Source: an uncultured Muribaculaceae bacterium
Lineage (GTDB): Bacteria; Bacillota_I; Bacilli_A; RF39; UBA660
Length of the DNA stretch: 49,374 nucleotides
Direction: 5' to 3'
Assembly (NCBI GenBank): GCA_964561095.1
Contig: CAZLNV010000002.1
Coordinates: forward strand, 1 to 49,374
Shown: positions 48,058 to 49,374 of the stretch, one piece after another
Position numbering within the stretch: the stretch's first letter is position 1
Layout of the letters: each line of letters begins with the position of its first letter
Program-made: the position numbers and the translations under genes
Notes under the pieces: generated by a model
The model's database searches: none
What the model saw: only the letters and a program-made list of their open reading frames with translations
Told to the model about the DNA's origin: nothing

Positions 48058-48945
48058 TTACTTATTAGGAATTAATTCTTTTTCATTTACAGCTTTTTCT
48101 AACATTTCCAGTTCCTTTATATTTTTATTATTTCTTAAAATTTCTAATTGCTTCTTAGCAGAGGCATTTAGTTTTATTAATCTTTCTTGTTAAGATAATC
48201 CATTTTTAACCATTTCTGATGAGGTATTTTGTAGATTATTTAATACTATTAAATGAAGCATATCTGTATAATCTCTTATATTTCCATCTTTGGCAAGAAT
48301 TGGATTTTTCATTCTCCATTCCTTTGCTGTCATTCCAAATAATGCAACATTTAAAATATCTGCTTCATCAGAATAAATATAATTTTTTTGATTTTCTGTT
48401 AAAGTTGGTACGATATATTCTTTAACTGCATCTGTATGAATAACATAATTAGCTTTTGATAATATTCTAGTTGCATTCCACTCTATTTTATTTTGATAAA
48501 ATTCATTATATTTTAATCTTTCAAATTCTTTTATTAAATATAATTTAAATTCAGGAGATAACCAGCTTGCAAATTCAAATGCTATATCAGGATGGGCATA
48601 TGTTCCTTTACTGTATTTTCCACTACTTGGAATAATACCAATGGCATTAAACTCTTTTTTCCATCTATTTGGAGTCATAGTAAATCTGTTATAACCAACT
48701 TCATTTATTTTAATTCTGTGGGATTCCACGGAATTAAAATTCACATTATTTAACTCTTCCCATAAACTATAAAACTCATATGAGTTTTTATTTGACATCC
48801 AATTCCTTATAACGCCAGATGGATCATTAGGATTAGAATAACTAGCCAAGTCAGTAAGTGAAACATAATCTATATTACCTGTTCTCATAACTGATACTTT
48901 ATTATTTTTTACATTCATCTCAAATGTTATAGTTGTATTTTTCAT
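48058..48945 (-). pseudogene. KilA-N domain protein gene with one in-frame TAA (48190-48192)
   Basis: The track ORF 48190-48945 has the typical KilA-N family sequence (GTYAHPDIAFEFASWLSPEFKLYLIKEF...). The same frame continues for 43 codons after the TAA (QERLIKLNASAKKQLEIL...) to TAA 48058-48060. That resembles the usual C-terminus of this family. Confidence 0.75.
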
Positions 48946-49002
48946 AAATCAACCCCCTTTAAATTATTTGCCTCATATATAAGTTAAGTATAACATAAAT
49001 AT

Positions 49003-49030
49003 TGTATTTTTTACCACTACCATTGTGGCA
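49003..49030 (-). other. degenerate SEC-C-like remnant
   Basis: TATTTTTTACCACTACCATTGTGGCA compared with TATTTTTTACCACTGCCACATGGC at 47893-47916. Confidence 0.5.
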
Positions 49031-49240
49031 TATTACTAAATACAAATTAACGAGTTTTAACGTTTTAAAAGCAATAAATCGTGTGTCCTTTTTTATAGTA
49101 ATATCTTACTATTTTAGCAAATATTGATTAAACCCTTTATTTATAAGGCATTGCTGGCTTTTTTGCGAAGTAATGATAGCTTATCTAAAACTTATCTGAA
49201 CCACTTTTTTTGATGATTTTTACCACTTTTATAAGCAAAG

Positions 49241-49275
49241 AAAAACCTAGGCTTTCCCTTTATTTACCTAGGTTT
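49241..49275 (-). terminator. terminator after the third SEC-C remnant
   Basis: AAACCTAGG, a 15-nt loop, then CCTAGGTTT, followed by a U-run on the minus-strand transcript. Confidence 0.6.
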
Positions 49276-49282
49276 GTGGGCA

Positions 49283-49351
49283 TTACTTACCACAGCATTG
49301 TTTATATTTCTTACCAGAGCCACATGGGCAAAAGTTGTAATTTATTACAAT
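49283..49351 (-). other. SEC-C motif remnant (22 codons plus stop)
   Basis: Minus strand encodes IVINYNFCPCGSGKKYKQCCGK*, bounded upstream by TAA at 49352-49354. About 88% nucleotide identity to 47870-47917. Confidence 0.7.
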
Positions 49352-49374
49352 TTAATTGTAATAATTTGTTTAAT

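Noticed and set aside
48021-49198. Considered whether the short repeated octamers and SEC-C copies could be a CRISPR array or tRNA remnants.
   Set aside because: There are only two octamers per site, with no regular repeat-spacer periodicity and no cloverleaf-compatible sequence. The SEC-C copies are coding-sequence remnants.
1-49374. Scanned for rRNA, tRNA, transposase or integrase genes, and CRISPR arrays.
   Set aside because: None was recognised. There are no G/C-rich structured-RNA-like islands apart from the rpsJ leader, and no DDE or tyrosine-recombinase-like ORFs.

Overview
Very AT-rich Bacillota-type chromosome segment, roughly 27-28% GC by eye. It encodes Spo0A, and all three stop codons are in use. 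Almost everything is on the minus strand and tightly packed.

Gene content by coordinate:
- 1-12.4 kb: the complete S10-spc-alpha ribosomal cluster, rpsJ through rpsM, including secY, adk, map, infA and rpmJ. It has no L30 gene, and an unexplained 93-codon ORF sits between S14 and S8.
- 12.6-14.5 kb: a small membrane/HTH module.
- 14.7-15.4 kb: uppS.
- 15.4-19.0 kb: an acyltransferase, a hybrid histidine kinase and an HPt-receiver protein.
- 19.0-23.3 kb: an XRE regulator, a sortase-substrate surface protein, a DUF1846 protein and a DUF1016 nuclease gene.
- 23.5-27.2 kb: a deoxynucleotide-metabolism operon (NT5C-like, long ThyX-like, Tmk-like) led by two membrane proteins.
- 27.3-36.6 kb: a glycolytic cluster (gap, pgk, tpiA, gpmI) broken by two insertions. 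One is a TasA/CalY-signal protein pair plus a repeat remnant between gap and pgk. The other is spo0A plus a large HExxH protein between tpiA and gpmI.
- 36.6-45.4 kb: a TGS-uridine-kinase-like gene, clpP, ftsE-ftsX-M23-whiA, two membrane proteins and prfB, which lacks the programmed frameshift.
- 45.6-49.4 kb: an HD-domain protein, an orphan envelope protein pair and a KilA-N gene flanked by repeats that carry SEC-C motif remnants.

No rRNA, tRNA, CRISPR array or transposase was recognised.

Findings most worth a second look:
- the orphan ORF inside the spc operon;
- the TasA-like pair inserted into the glycolytic cluster, with its paired repeat;
- the hybrid kinase/HPt relay;
- the membrane-protein plus ThyX/Tmk/NT5C operon;
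- three accessory genes each interrupted by exactly one in-frame stop codon;
- the SEC-C/TAGATAAG repeats around KilA-N.

All family assignments come from motif recognition by eye. No database search was run.
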